Shown piece by piece: positions 18,801 to 27,800 of a stretch of DNA of 64,000 nucleotides. Each line of letters begins with the position of its first letter. Within the stretch, counting starts at the first letter, position 1. Source of the DNA: Pyrinomonadales bacterium (GTDB taxonomy: Bacteria > Acidobacteriota > Blastocatellia > Pyrinomonadales > Pyrinomonadaceae); assembly GCA_038237475.1 (NCBI GenBank), contig JBBRYS010000010.1, positions 130,465 through 194,464 on the forward strand, written 5' to 3'. The notes beneath the pieces are model-generated. The model was not told where the DNA came from. It saw only the letters and a list, made by a program, of their open reading frames with translations, and did no database searches. The position numbers were made by a program, and so were the translations under genes.

Positions 18801-19690
18801 AAGGCTTTGCCTTTGATAACCGAGTGACCGCCCTCGCCGAAGGCGGGCAATGGCAGTGGCCCGCCAACCTTGCCGCCAAACTGGTTGCGATTAAGGAAGG
18901 GCCGCTTGATGCCGGCTGCATTATTGAAAAAATCATTGGCCGCGAACTTTACGTTGCGGTTGTATTCAAACAGCGCCCCATGAAAATCCTGTCCGCCTCG
19001 CGGCGTGACTAACTGCACTTGTGTAGATCCGCCGCCGCCTTGATCGGCACTGGCATTTTGGGTCACAACAGTGAACTCGCCGGTGTCGTCCACTGTGGGA
19101 CGGTCCTGCACAAACCCACCCGTGCGAATGAAATTGTCCTGCACATTGACGCCGTCACGAGTAAAGTTCGCCGAAGAAGATCTCTCTCCATTGATCGACG
19201 CGCTGGTGGGGTTGGCGCCGGCGACTGTATTCAAGAGTGCGAGGGGATTGCGCCCATTCAAAGGCAATTCCAGAACCTGACGCGGGCTAATAGTGCTGCT
19301 TAATTCAGCGTTGGTTGAATTAACCAAGTCGGCCCCGGCAATCACAGTTACGTTTTCTGTGACCTGGCCCACCTCGAGGACTGCATTTAGTGAGTATTCC
19401 TGACCAATATTAATCTTGACATCAGTAGCGTTATAAGCTTTGTGTCCCGGCGCAGTGATCGTAATCGTATACGACCCCACCTCAAGCTGGGTCACGTTGA
19501 AACTGCCTTCGCCGCTGGTTGCGAGGCTGCGCTCTTTGGTTGTTTGATTGTCCTTGATCGTAACCAGCGCGCCGGGTATTACGCCGCTGGCATCAGACAC
19601 GGTGCCCGAGAGGCGGCCTGTGCTCGACTGCCCGAACGCCGGCAAAACTGCCAGCCAAAGGACCAGAAAAATTTTAACTGTTCTTCTCAT
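15884..19690 (-). CDS. TonB-dependent receptor with carboxypeptidase-regulatory-like N-terminal domain
   Basis: The 1268-aa ORF has the signal peptide MRRTVKIFLVLWLAVLPAFGQ and a CarboxypepD_reg-like segment (GTVSDASGVIPGALVTIKD). A plug region (LELPLNGRNPLALL) and a long beta-barrel follow, ending in the terminal aromatic FAARFEF. Confidence 0.9.
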   Translation of the reverse strand: MRRTVKIFLVLWLAVLPAFGQSSTGRLSGTVSDASGVIPGALVTIKDNQTTKERSLATSGEGSFNVTQLEVGSYTITITAPGHKAYNATDVKINIGQEYSLNAVLEVGQVTENVTVIAGADLVNSTNAELSSTISPRQVLELPLNGRNPLALLNTVAGANPTSASINGERSSSANFTRDGVNVQDNFIRTGGFVQDRPTVDDTGEFTVVTQNASADQGGGGSTQVQLVTPRGGQDFHGALFEYNRNVKFAANDFFNNAAGIKRPFLNRNQFGGKVGGPLPLPAFGEGGHSVIKGKAFFFAAYERFILRQQRSITRNILLGSARTGNFTYTDNSGVTRTVNVLTGAGFTGAIPASAGGVIGVDPTIQARVLNRMPAVGNSTVANNGLTQLLQFNQSDNDTRNGLTTRFDFDVNQKNSLNFVYKYNNNGDERQTDTGGYGAHPFVVQSGPTNLYIVSYRSTLSSNFVNEVRVAYEPAEPFFKQNSLPGNFIIGQIAANGLPASGLPLTLSSPEASFEDQGRNTRQYTFQDNASYSFGNHSLRFGTDFNGQRIQVISNFNKTPIYAITNTNNVLTPRLAASLYPGGISATQRGRADTLRYLLGGFIGAGSVAANFVNPSVGTQLGVPLVQQLNFNTIGSYVSDQWRVNQRLTLNLGLRYDIFTPLTSPDRVFLEPIIPAGTSLVDALLNPNGSYGLVGGNSGKAGRFYKMDKNNFGPVLSFAYTPEFKNGFLSALMPGQGKTVIRGGFRSSFVNDEYVTSTRNAAGGNAGLNLTGLAGGAVNVNARLNSLPALRLPPLRTPPITFAQANADNGSFFNTVFAVNPNIQVQRNDEFNFGIQREIGHRTAIEIRYVGGRSNNMVRGIDLNQLNINANNFLRDFNIARNNCRLQGATITGTGDPLLRCTDASFNPAIAGSQPLPAFNLLPFGAFLNNSAVTTPIINGTPADLALIYVTNGLDFDPATNAGIKFRRNQFAGPVDLLTNGGKYRYNSLQAEIRRRFTNGLSFQANYTFQKILSDIETDGQARFDPFLDNANQQLDYARTDYDRTHTVNINGIYELPFGKGKRFLNNGSGINRLFGGFQLTSLVNSSSGAPISIRDLTGTLNRAGRSQRQTANSNLSPNEIKKLVGVFRQNGKIYFINPSAIAPDGTATGGNLGTAPLTGFPGQVFFRAQPGQTGNLPRTFINGPMYLNWDAGLMKNIAISEKTRLQLRMEVFNVLNNVNFFAPSGANATSLGEDSNIFNINSATFGQITSGNAYPPRIIQFAARFEF

Positions 19691-20083
19691 CTTGAACTCC
19701 TATTTAGCTCTTAAGTTAACTGTCACTCAGCAGCGAACCTGATCAGGACCGGAGGCGACTTCCGAAACTTCGGAGCAACTGATCGTGTCACTGATTACCG
19801 TTCAACTAAAGTGCAACCCTCATTCCCGCGGTCCAGAGGGAAAAAGCATTCAAGTTATCTTCAGCGAGAATTCAGGAAGGAGATTGAGATTGCGAGAAAT
19901 GGATCTACGCGAGGATAAAAATTGTGGATTATGGATATTCTACATAAGCTGCCGGAGCGACACGTACGGATTAATGGAATCTTCTGGAGCCCAGGCGTCA
20001 CTGCGTTACTCGCGGCACGCGGTCCTTTAAAGATCGGTAAGGCTTCATCGCGAGTGCCGCTAGATGCGAGGTGAAGTTATACC

Positions 20084-20129
20084 AAACGAAAAACGACAAG
20101 GGACCAGAATCGCTCCTGATCCCTTGTCG
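20084..20129 (-). terminator. rho-independent terminator after the Fis-type HTH gene
   Basis: Minus strand reads cgacaagggatcag-gagcgatt-ctggtcccttgtcg (13 of 14 bp paired) followed by TTTTTCGTTT, about 28 nt after the stop at 20157. Confidence 0.75.
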
Positions 20130-20156
20130 TCGGCGCACTTGTGACTAATGGGAGTT

Positions 20157-20558
20157 TCACAGGTACGCAGCGGTAGGTTGACCTTGCGTCTCACCTTCGA
20201 TCGCTTCGTAGCCGACCGGCGTGATCTTGTAGCGCTTAATCTTGGTGTTAAGGGTCGTGATCTTTACACCGAGCAACTGTGCGGCGCGTGTCTGGTTGCC
20301 GGAGGTACGGCTCAAGGCGCTGCGAATGAGGTCAATTTCGAATCGTCGCACTTCCTCGTGCAATCTGACACTGCGTTTGGTCGCCGGTTGTGAGACGCGA
20401 AATGACTCCACTTCCCGCAGGAGGGTCAGCGCGACCTCTCTTAGGGTGTTCAGCCTGTTGTCCATGGCTGCCTCGCCGCGAACAACAGCTGCTCCGGCTG
20501 CTCCGGCTGTTTCACTGGGGCACCATTCATCCGTTCTCCACATCATTGAACTACTCAT
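20157..20558 (-). CDS. Fis-family helix-turn-helix DNA-binding protein
   Basis: Lies in ORF 20157..20615. The internal ATG at 20558 is preceded by GGAGGAG. The C-terminal FEIDLIRSALSRTSGNQTRAAQLLGVKITTLNTKIKRYKI is an HTH_8 (Fis-type) motif. Confidence 0.7.
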   Translation of the reverse strand: MSSSMMWRTDEWCPSETAGAAGAAVVRGEAAMDNRLNTLREVALTLLREVESFRVSQPATKRSVRLHEEVRRFEIDLIRSALSRTSGNQTRAAQLLGVKITTLNTKIKRYKITPVGYEAIEGETQGQPTAAYL

Positions 20559-20812
20559 CGTTTCTCCTCCATGAAAGGTTTCTTCTGGCTCAACATGTGG
20601 CTGGGGTTCCACCATTGTTCGTCTTATCGCTGCAGCGCCGTCGAAACTTCCCCGGTTCGCGTTGCCGCGGTTGTCGTAATGTGACTATACGCAGCACGTT
20701 TTCCGCAGAGATGGAATTTGTGACGAAACGGCTAAAAGTTGTGATGGGTCGGCTGGAATAAGATCCAGACGGTTGGTTTGTGGTGAATTGTGAAGAATCT
20801 GTCGTTCAGAAT

Positions 20813-20990
20813 TTTGTGCTTTGTGCTTTGTGCTTTGTGCTTTGTGCTTGAACTATGTATTGAACTTTGAACTGAGACGAGAGACCTGGAGCTGGGAATG
20901 TGGAATTTGAAACGCGGAACTTGAGACCTGGAACCTGAGACCTGAGACTCGAAACTTAAATTGAGCATTCCGCAATCAGCAATCACCAAT
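20813..20990. repeat. 7-nt periodic intergenic repeat (GTGCTTT x5, then GAACTTT/GAGACCT/GGAACCT/CAATCAG-type heptamers)
   Basis: Reads tttgtgctttgtgctttgtgctttgtgctttgtgctt, then gaactttgaactgagacgagagacctggagctgggaatgtggaatttgaaacgcggaacttgagacctggaacctgagacctgagactcgaaacttaaattgagcattccgcaatcagcaatcaccaatcg. The 7-nt phase is kept throughout. Confidence 0.85.
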
Positions 20991-20992
20991 CG

Positions 20993-21778
20993 CTACAGCG
21001 GTCTTCCCACGGCCTCCTGCAGATTGGTCCGATAGTTCCGGCTGAGGGTCAGTTGCTTGCCATTCTCCATCACCACGTGATACTCACCATGAAACCACGG
21101 CTGCAACTCCTTAATCTTGTCGATGCGAACGATACTCGAGCGGTGAATTCTGAGAAATTTTTTCGGATCCAGCTGAGACTCAAGTCCGCTGATAGTCTCT
21201 CGCAAAAGATGCGTCTTCTTCCCGTTATAGACGCGAACGTAATTTCCTTCCGCTTCTATACAATGAAGATCGTCGATATCCAGAAAGAAAACTCTGCCCT
21301 CCGTCTTGATCACTAACCTCTCGAGATAGCGCGGGCCCGCCTTTAATTCTTCAAGCAAAGCCAGAATATGCTGATCGCGTTGATTAGAGAGGCCGTCGCG
21401 AATAAAACCCTTGGCCCTCTTCCAGGCAGAATCAAAGCGCTCACGATCGAAAGGCTTGAGTAGATAGTCAAGCGCATGCACTTCAAATGCTCTCACTGCA
21501 TACTGGTCGTATGCGGTGGCAAAGATAATGTAAGGAACGCTTTCGCTCTTCAGGCATTCAAGTACTTCGAACCCGCCCAACTCAGGCATCTGAATATCCA
21601 GAAAAATGAGATCAGGCGCCAGCGAACGGATGGCTTCCACCGCCTCGCGACCATTGGCACACTCACCGATGATCTCTACCTCGGTGTCCCCCTCGAGCAT
21701 TTCGCGAATCATCTCGCGCGCCAATGGTTCGTCGTCAATGACTAACGCTCGAATGCTTTTTGCGTTCGTCATCATCAT
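20993..21778 (-). CDS. LytR/AlgR-family response regulator (REC + LytTR DNA-binding domain)
   Basis: Lies in ORF 20993..21901. Three ATGs at 21778-21770 give MMMTNAKSIRALVIDDEPLAREMI. It has DLIFLDIQMPELGG and LLKPF, and a C-terminal LytTR domain (IEAEGNYVRVY..., IHRSSIVRIDKI). Confidence 0.9.
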   Translation of the reverse strand: MMMTNAKSIRALVIDDEPLAREMIREMLEGDTEVEIIGECANGREAVEAIRSLAPDLIFLDIQMPELGGFEVLECLKSESVPYIIFATAYDQYAVRAFEVHALDYLLKPFDRERFDSAWKRAKGFIRDGLSNQRDQHILALLEELKAGPRYLERLVIKTEGRVFFLDIDDLHCIEAEGNYVRVYNGKKTHLLRETISGLESQLDPKKFLRIHRSSIVRIDKIKELQPWFHGEYHVVMENGKQLTLSRNYRTNLQEAVGRPL

Positions 21779-22243
21779 CCCCCGATCGCTGGTACAAGTG
21801 TCTAGACTTCTGCTTTTCCCGATGCAGAAACTGTGCCTAATCCCATGAACACCACTACCAAACTGTTTGTGACAAAAAGTATGAACGAAAGAAAAAGACA
21901 AAAAGCGCAGGATCCGGTGGCACCTACGAATCAGAAAAGCAAATAGTTCAGGGTATTCTGAGAAGCTGGGACTCCGAGATCCTGGTTACGCCTTCCAAAA
22001 ATCTGAATTATCGGGTGCCCTCTGGATTGCTGCGCCCTTGGATGCAGGTTCAGCCTCGAGCGTTACGTTTCTTTTTTTCGAGGATATCTGGCCGGGAGGG
22101 ATTAAAGGCGCCCGCCTCCGAATTCCGCTCATCGGCTGGCAGGATGCAGGTCAAATTGGAAATTGTTGAGGCCGGTGAAATCGATGACGGCAGTGGACCG
22201 CCAGGTGATGGATCTGATGTCCGCTTCCCTGGATACAGGAGTA

Positions 22244-23365
22244 TTAGAACTTCCTTGGGATTTCAAGGGTCACGACCAGACCACCGTGCACACCATTGGA
22301 GAGCTCAAGCAGATGGTCTGACCCGTATAAGCGCTCTAACCGGGCTTTGGTGTTAGCCAAGCCAACCCCTTTGCCGACCTGCTGATTGAGGGTGTCAGCC
22401 GTCAAGCCCGGGCCATTATCGATAACCTGAATCCTCACGCAGCCGTTGCGAGGCACGGCCGTTATTTCAATTCGTCCCGCGTGTTGGCTGGCAATTGCGT
22501 GGCGCATAGCATCTTCCACCAGCGGCTGCAGGATTAGGTTAGGAACCTGAACGTCAAGAACACTCGGATCTACATCGACCAGAGTAGTCAACCTATCGCG
22601 AAAGCGGATTCGTTCAATTTCGAGGTACCCATTCAGAAACTCCATTTCCTCCTGCAGCGTCACCTCCTGGGCACCGGCATTCTCCAGAGTCAGTCGCAGA
22701 AAATCACCCAGGCGCGCGATCATACGGCGGGCCGCTTCGGTATCCCTGTTTAGCAGCGCAGAGATCGAATGCAGCGTATTGAAGAGAAAATGAGGATGCA
22801 CTTGCATCTTCAGCGCTTCCAGCTGCGATTGGGCCAACTGTGTCTCCAGTCGGGAAGCCCGCAATTCTCCACGGCGATAACTCTGGTAGTAATTCAAAGC
22901 GTGACTGCATAACAACATCAACCAGTAAATACACAACTGGCGATCGAGGTTATAGAGAATGTACTGAAGATCACGGAACACAGTGAGGTAGACGGTCTTG
23001 TTGAACGCCGTCAGGAAGATGGCATAGTGCACTCCAGACATCGATCCCACCAGGAGCACACTCACAACGACGTGCAAAAGAGTACGTCGGGGCCAGTTGG
23101 CGCGGTCAATGCGAAAGCGCCGCGAGAGCCACAACACCAGGGGCGTAGCCAGGGCCCAGAGATAACAAATACTCATCTGCATGATTAACACATGCCCGAC
23201 CGGCATGGGTTTTTCCATGTAGAGGCTGTTAAAGAGAACCTGGCTGGTGAAAAACAGGCCGACCAGCGTCCAGACTGTTACAACCAATCCGTAACGAACC
23301 AGACGGCGTTCTAGTAGACGCCCGGTTTTTGTCGGGACTATCGGGAACTCAGAAAGACTGTCCAT
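22244..23365 (-). CDS. LytS/YehU-type sensor histidine kinase
   Basis: A multi-TM N-terminus is followed by the His_kinase (PF06580-type) motif QVHPHFLFNTLHSISALL. The HATPase_c boxes are LILQPLVEDAMRHAI, DNGPGL and GVGLANTKARLERLYG. Confidence 0.9.
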   Translation of the reverse strand: MDSLSEFPIVPTKTGRLLERRLVRYGLVVTVWTLVGLFFTSQVLFNSLYMEKPMPVGHVLIMQMSICYLWALATPLVLWLSRRFRIDRANWPRRTLLHVVVSVLLVGSMSGVHYAIFLTAFNKTVYLTVFRDLQYILYNLDRQLCIYWLMLLCSHALNYYQSYRRGELRASRLETQLAQSQLEALKMQVHPHFLFNTLHSISALLNRDTEAARRMIARLGDFLRLTLENAGAQEVTLQEEMEFLNGYLEIERIRFRDRLTTLVDVDPSVLDVQVPNLILQPLVEDAMRHAIASQHAGRIEITAVPRNGCVRIQVIDNGPGLTADTLNQQVGKGVGLANTKARLERLYGSDHLLELSNGVHGGLVVTLEIPRKF

Positions 23366-23652
23366 AGTTTTGCCTACAGAAACGAGATCACGGGCTGGAA
23401 GGTTTCACCTGGGCCGCAAGAACGGGGCGTTTGTTCTCTCCGCCAACCTGCCTCTTATTGAATACTGAGCGCGCGGCTGCGATTCTTTTGTGACTAACGG
23501 GCCTCAGAACGTGATGAGCAGGCGAGGCTCTTCCGGTTGTCTGATTGCCTGTCCTGACTTCCGGTTATTGATCCTCAGGTTCGAAACTGGAAACATGAAC
23601 TCAACATCTCATGCCATTACGATGGAACAGTCCGAAGTAGTGCTTGCCGAGA

Positions 23653-24666
23653 TTAGTGCTTCACTGCCAGGTCCCTGATTATCTGCCGAATCTGTTCCGC
23701 GTCCTTAACCTTCGGCTGTACTCTCAAATACTCTTGCAGTTCGACGATCGCCCGCTTGTCATCGCCGCGCTCCATGTAGATAGCGCCGAGGTAGCGGTGA
23801 GCATTTGCGGCTTGATCTCCGCCGAGCTGCAAAGCGCGCTGCAACTCCTTTTCCGCTTCCTCGGGCTGCAGCAAACCGACCAGTGCCCGGCCCAAATACT
23901 CGTGAGCAGAAACTGACGCATCATTGGCTTTGATGGCTAACCGCAGCTCGGTCTCCGCCTCCGCATACTTCTTTTGCTGCAACAGAACCAGCCCGTAATT
24001 CATCCGTGGAAGGAAAGCTTCGGGCGCCAACCTTTTGGCGGCCAGAAGAGACTCGGCGGCAAGCTTGAGCTCGTTGAGTTGAAAATACTCCAAACCTAAA
24101 TCGTTGAAGGCCATTATAAATTCGGGAAACACAGCAATGGCTTTCCTGAGCTTCTCAGCTGCCTTTTTGTGATCGCCTTTCTGCGCCGCGGTCATGGCTT
24201 CCTGATAAAAAGCAAGCGCCGGACCCGGAACGTTCGCGAAGGATGCATTGAGAACACCCGGCGCGCCGGCCCCACCTCCCTTCAGCTTCAAAGTAATTTG
24301 CACGTAGGCTGTTTGGCCTTCGCTGCCACGATTACTGGATTCGGTAATTCGCACTGACTCACTGGCGGGTTCGTAATCATTGCCGGCCTCGATGGTGAGT
24401 TCGTACGTTCCCTCAGTCAAGCGGGGAATCGCGAAAGCGCCGTTGTCGTCAGTCAGGGTTGATGAGGGGCCACCTCTGACGCTATTGACCTTGACGCGCA
24501 CGCGGCGACCGAGAGGCCTGCCCGAAGGATAGTAGATGCGGCCCTGGATGGAATTCCTGCCGTTCAATCCCGGGTTGCCAACGTCGGTATCGAGACCTGA
24601 GCTTTGACCCAGCGCAAGGGGGGACAGTGAGAAGAGTACGAGGATGGTTAATAAAAGACAGCGCAT
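23653..24666 (-). CDS. secreted protein with carboxypeptidase-regulatory-like domain and TPR repeats
   Basis: Signal peptide MRCLLLTILVLFSLSPLALGQ and a beta-sandwich segment (IQGRIYYPSGRPL...TYELTIEAG). The C-terminal half carries TPR-like repeats (AIAVFPEFIMAFNDLGLEYFQLNE..., AHRYLGAIYMERGDDKRAI). Confidence 0.8.
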   Translation of the reverse strand: MRCLLLTILVLFSLSPLALGQSSGLDTDVGNPGLNGRNSIQGRIYYPSGRPLGRRVRVKVNSVRGGPSSTLTDDNGAFAIPRLTEGTYELTIEAGNDYEPASESVRITESSNRGSEGQTAYVQITLKLKGGGAGAPGVLNASFANVPGPALAFYQEAMTAAQKGDHKKAAEKLRKAIAVFPEFIMAFNDLGLEYFQLNELKLAAESLLAAKRLAPEAFLPRMNYGLVLLQQKKYAEAETELRLAIKANDASVSAHEYLGRALVGLLQPEEAEKELQRALQLGGDQAANAHRYLGAIYMERGDDKRAIVELQEYLRVQPKVKDAEQIRQIIRDLAVKH

Positions 24667-24668
24667 GG

Positions 24669-24808
24669 GATTTCTGATTGCGGATGTCTGATTTCTGATT
24701 GCGGGTTTAGGGTATCTTTTTTTGAACTTGAGATCTGAGAATTTGAGATCTAGGATTTGAGAATTCCGAGGTCGGAAAATCAGAAATCTGCAATCTGAAA
24801 TCCGGGAT
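24669..24808. repeat. 7-nt periodic intergenic repeat with self-complementary ends
   Basis: gatttctgattgcggatgtctgatttctgattgcgg ... ttgagatctgagaatttgagatctaggatttgagaa ... aaatcagaaatctgcaatctgaaatccgg. The outer heptamers are reverse complements of each other. Confidence 0.85.
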
Positions 24809-24813
24809 CGTTT

Positions 24814-24840
24814 CGAGGCGAGGCTGCAGGCCTCGCCTCG
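24814..24840 (-). terminator. GC-rich hairpin downstream of the second TonB-dependent receptor gene (no U-tract)
   Basis: cgaggcgaggc-tgcag-gcctcgcctcg forms an 11-bp perfect stem 26 nt after the stop at 24866. Confidence 0.35.
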
Positions 24841-24865
24841 AGTTCACAACCCCAAGCTCAGCGCT

Positions 24866-27800
24866 TTAGAAACTGAACTTGACTGCGAGTTGCACGTTGC
24901 GCCGCTCCAGATTTCCATTCGGGGTTAGGCCTTTGGTGGCCCCGACAGTGCCATTGGCAACGTCGGTAGTCCCGACCAGAACATAAAGATTGGCATGATT
25001 GAGAGCGTTGAACATCTCGCCGCGAAGTTGCAGGCTCTTGTTTTCACCGATCTTGAAGTTCTTGTACAAGCCTGCGTCAACGTTCCAGATTCCGGGCCCC
25101 CGGAACTGGTTCCGTTTGGTCATGTTGGCCGGGTACGGACCAAAGTCCGAGCAGCCGCAGATCGGGTTAATAAACGCTCCCACCGGCTGGCCCGTCAGGT
25201 TTATGTAATTAAAGAAGTTCGCCTGAGCCCCCGGAGTTACGTTCACAGAGACCGCGCCATTCGGCACCAACCGCGGTGACGATAGCAACGCATTGGTTGA
25301 GTCATAGATCGTGAATGGTGTACCGGTCCGGGTGTTGAAAATCCCCGTGACCTGCCAACCACCCAGAACCTGCTTACTCCAGCCAGTTGCCTGCTTCGCG
25401 AGTGGGACATCCCAGATCACGCTGCTGACAAACCGATGTCGCACATCGGCATCGGAATAGCCATAGTCCAGACCCGGATTGAACGGGTTGGTCAACCCGA
25501 GGTTACCGGTGAAGGCTGCCTCGCTGAAGGTAGTACTCAGATTGTCCTTGTTAACGGCATAGGTGTAATGCGCCGTCAACTGAATCCCCTGCCGCCGGAA
25601 GTTGTTCGCGTCGAAATTTACAATGAGGGCGTTATAGTTCGAATACCCGTCGTTACCCCGGGCGTTTATTCCCGAGTACTGGCTGTTCAATCTGGCATTC
25701 GGGTCGGCTTTACCTAAATAGAAGGCTCCGGCCCCAGGCTGGTTGTAAGTGTTGATTGAGTAGAGGCTGCGGCCCGCGGATCCGGAGTACTCCACCGATA
25801 AGACGTTTCCACCACCGAACAACTCATGCTGCAAAGCTGCGCTCCAGAAATGAGCATAGGCATTGGTGATGTCCTGTCGGACATGCCGCAGACTTCCCCT
25901 TGGTATTAATTTGGTTGGCGGTGTATTGCCGCTCAGTGGTCCAAAGTTGCTGCTGGTGATGGGCAGGGTTGGGACATCCACGCCCTTCTGCAGTGACAGC
26001 ACCAGGTAATTAGGCGGATTCTGGATCACGTTAAAAGTAACGTTGCCGAAGTTCCGCTCGTAAGCCAACCCGTAGCCGCCACGGATACTGGTCTTGCCAT
26101 TTCCAAAGACATCCCAGGCAAAGCCAACGCGAGGCGCAAAGTTGTTCTTGTCAGGCTTCCACAACCCGCCTACGGGGCTGTTCTTTGCGATCTGCACGCT
26201 GCCATTCTGGATTTGCTCCTGAATGGTGCTGCCGCTGCCGAAATAAAAATTGGAGTCTAGATTGGGATTCTTATTGTGTTGCACTCCGTAATACTCGTAG
26301 CGCATCCCCAGGTTCAAAACCAATCTGTTGTTGAAGCGCCAGGAGTCGTTCACGTATGCGCCCCACTCGCGATAGCGATTGCTGCGAGTGAAATCCGGCG
26401 GGCCCACCGGCAAGGTCACGCTCTGTCCGGGAAATTTCCCCTGCGGGAAAATTGCCGCCTGGAATTGCTGGACACTGCCATTGACGAAATTATCCAGCGA
26501 CTGTGCATAGTTATTCTGAGTAGAAGAAAGACTCTCGACCGCGTTCTGGTAAGCGCCAAAGAATCGATTGTCCTGGATGTAGTAAACGACGCCGCCGAAT
26601 TTAAGCTGATGCCGGCCGCGGGTCAAACTAAAGTCCTGGTAGACCTGGCCCATATTCTGGGCGCCCGCAAAGCCAACCGGTGAATTGGCCGCGTTATATG
26701 GCCAGTATCCAGGAAACGTGATTGGTTGCCCGCCGATGGTACCGGTGGTTCCAGGAAACATGAACAAGCCTGGGCCAATCGGTTGTTCTCCGTAGGGAGA
26801 ATCCTCCACCAGCCGGTTGAAGGCCAGCTTAGTGTCGGAGATAAACTTCGGCGAGAAGGTGTGGCTCATTGAGACGATGAAGTTATTGCGCAGCTGAGTA
26901 AACGGAGTAGAAAAACCCTGGTAAGGACTGAAACCAGAGCTTCCAATCGGATTCTTTATACTCTCTCTGGCCCATCGTCCGTAGAGGCTCGTCTTGTTAC
27001 TGAAGTTATAGTCAATGCGACTGGCCATCGAGTAACTGTCCTGCGGAGCACCGCCACCCAGATTGACGGGCGTATCAAACTGCACGAGCTGAAACGCCGG
27101 CAGGCTCGCCGGTAAACCTACGAACGCATTGCCAGCCTGTGATCCCGCGGGAATTAACTGGTTGGTGACATCTCCAACTGTATAGACGGTTCCGGTCGGG
27201 CGCGCCGCCAGGTGAAACTGGCTAAAGTAATTACGAGTAGCTGCTGCCGAAGCGGCAATCAACTGCGCAGTCGGAACTACTGAGAGGACTGGTCCGGTGC
27301 TGCGCACTTTGGTCCATTCAATACTATTAAAGAAGAAGAGCTTGTTCTTAACCACCGGCCCACCGATGGTGTACCCGAACTGATTGCGTGTAAACACGCC
27401 GCGGGCGACTCCATTGGCGTTGTTGTTGTAGCCATTGGATGCCAGGCGTGAGATGCGGTTGAATTCGAAAGCCGACCCGTGAAAGCTGTTGCTGCCGCCG
27501 CGTGTCGTCACATTGATCACACCTCCCGAAGCTCGTCCATATTCAGCGGAGAAGTTGCTCGTGATAACACGGAACTCACCCACTGCATCGAGCGGGATGT
27601 TCTGGCCGACAGCCGCGTAGTAAAGATTAGTATTGTCAACGCCATCAAGCAGCACATTCGTACTCGCAGCACGTTGGCCGTTGATGGTAAAGCCCGCGCC
27701 GCGACCCGTTGCACCGATACCAGGAACGGCGGCACCAGGATCGTCGCTGCCCACATTACTGGACAATCCGACCAGGTCGTAAGGGTTACGCGTCAACGTC

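Noticed and set aside
19691-20083. Riboswitch (for example cobalamin) or other leader RNA upstream of the first TonB-dependent receptor. The region 28292-28657 upstream of the second was also considered.
   Set aside because: I could not recognise a B12 box or any other known riboswitch core. This cannot be excluded without a covariance-model scan.
21779-22243. Unannotated gene in the 465-bp gap between the LytS-type kinase and the LytTR regulator
   Set aside because: Only a 113-aa plus-strand ORF (22015-22356) is present. It overlaps the kinase 3' end, and its sequence is Arg/Gly/Ser-rich and featureless. The long N-terminal extension of the regulator ORF also looks non-coding.
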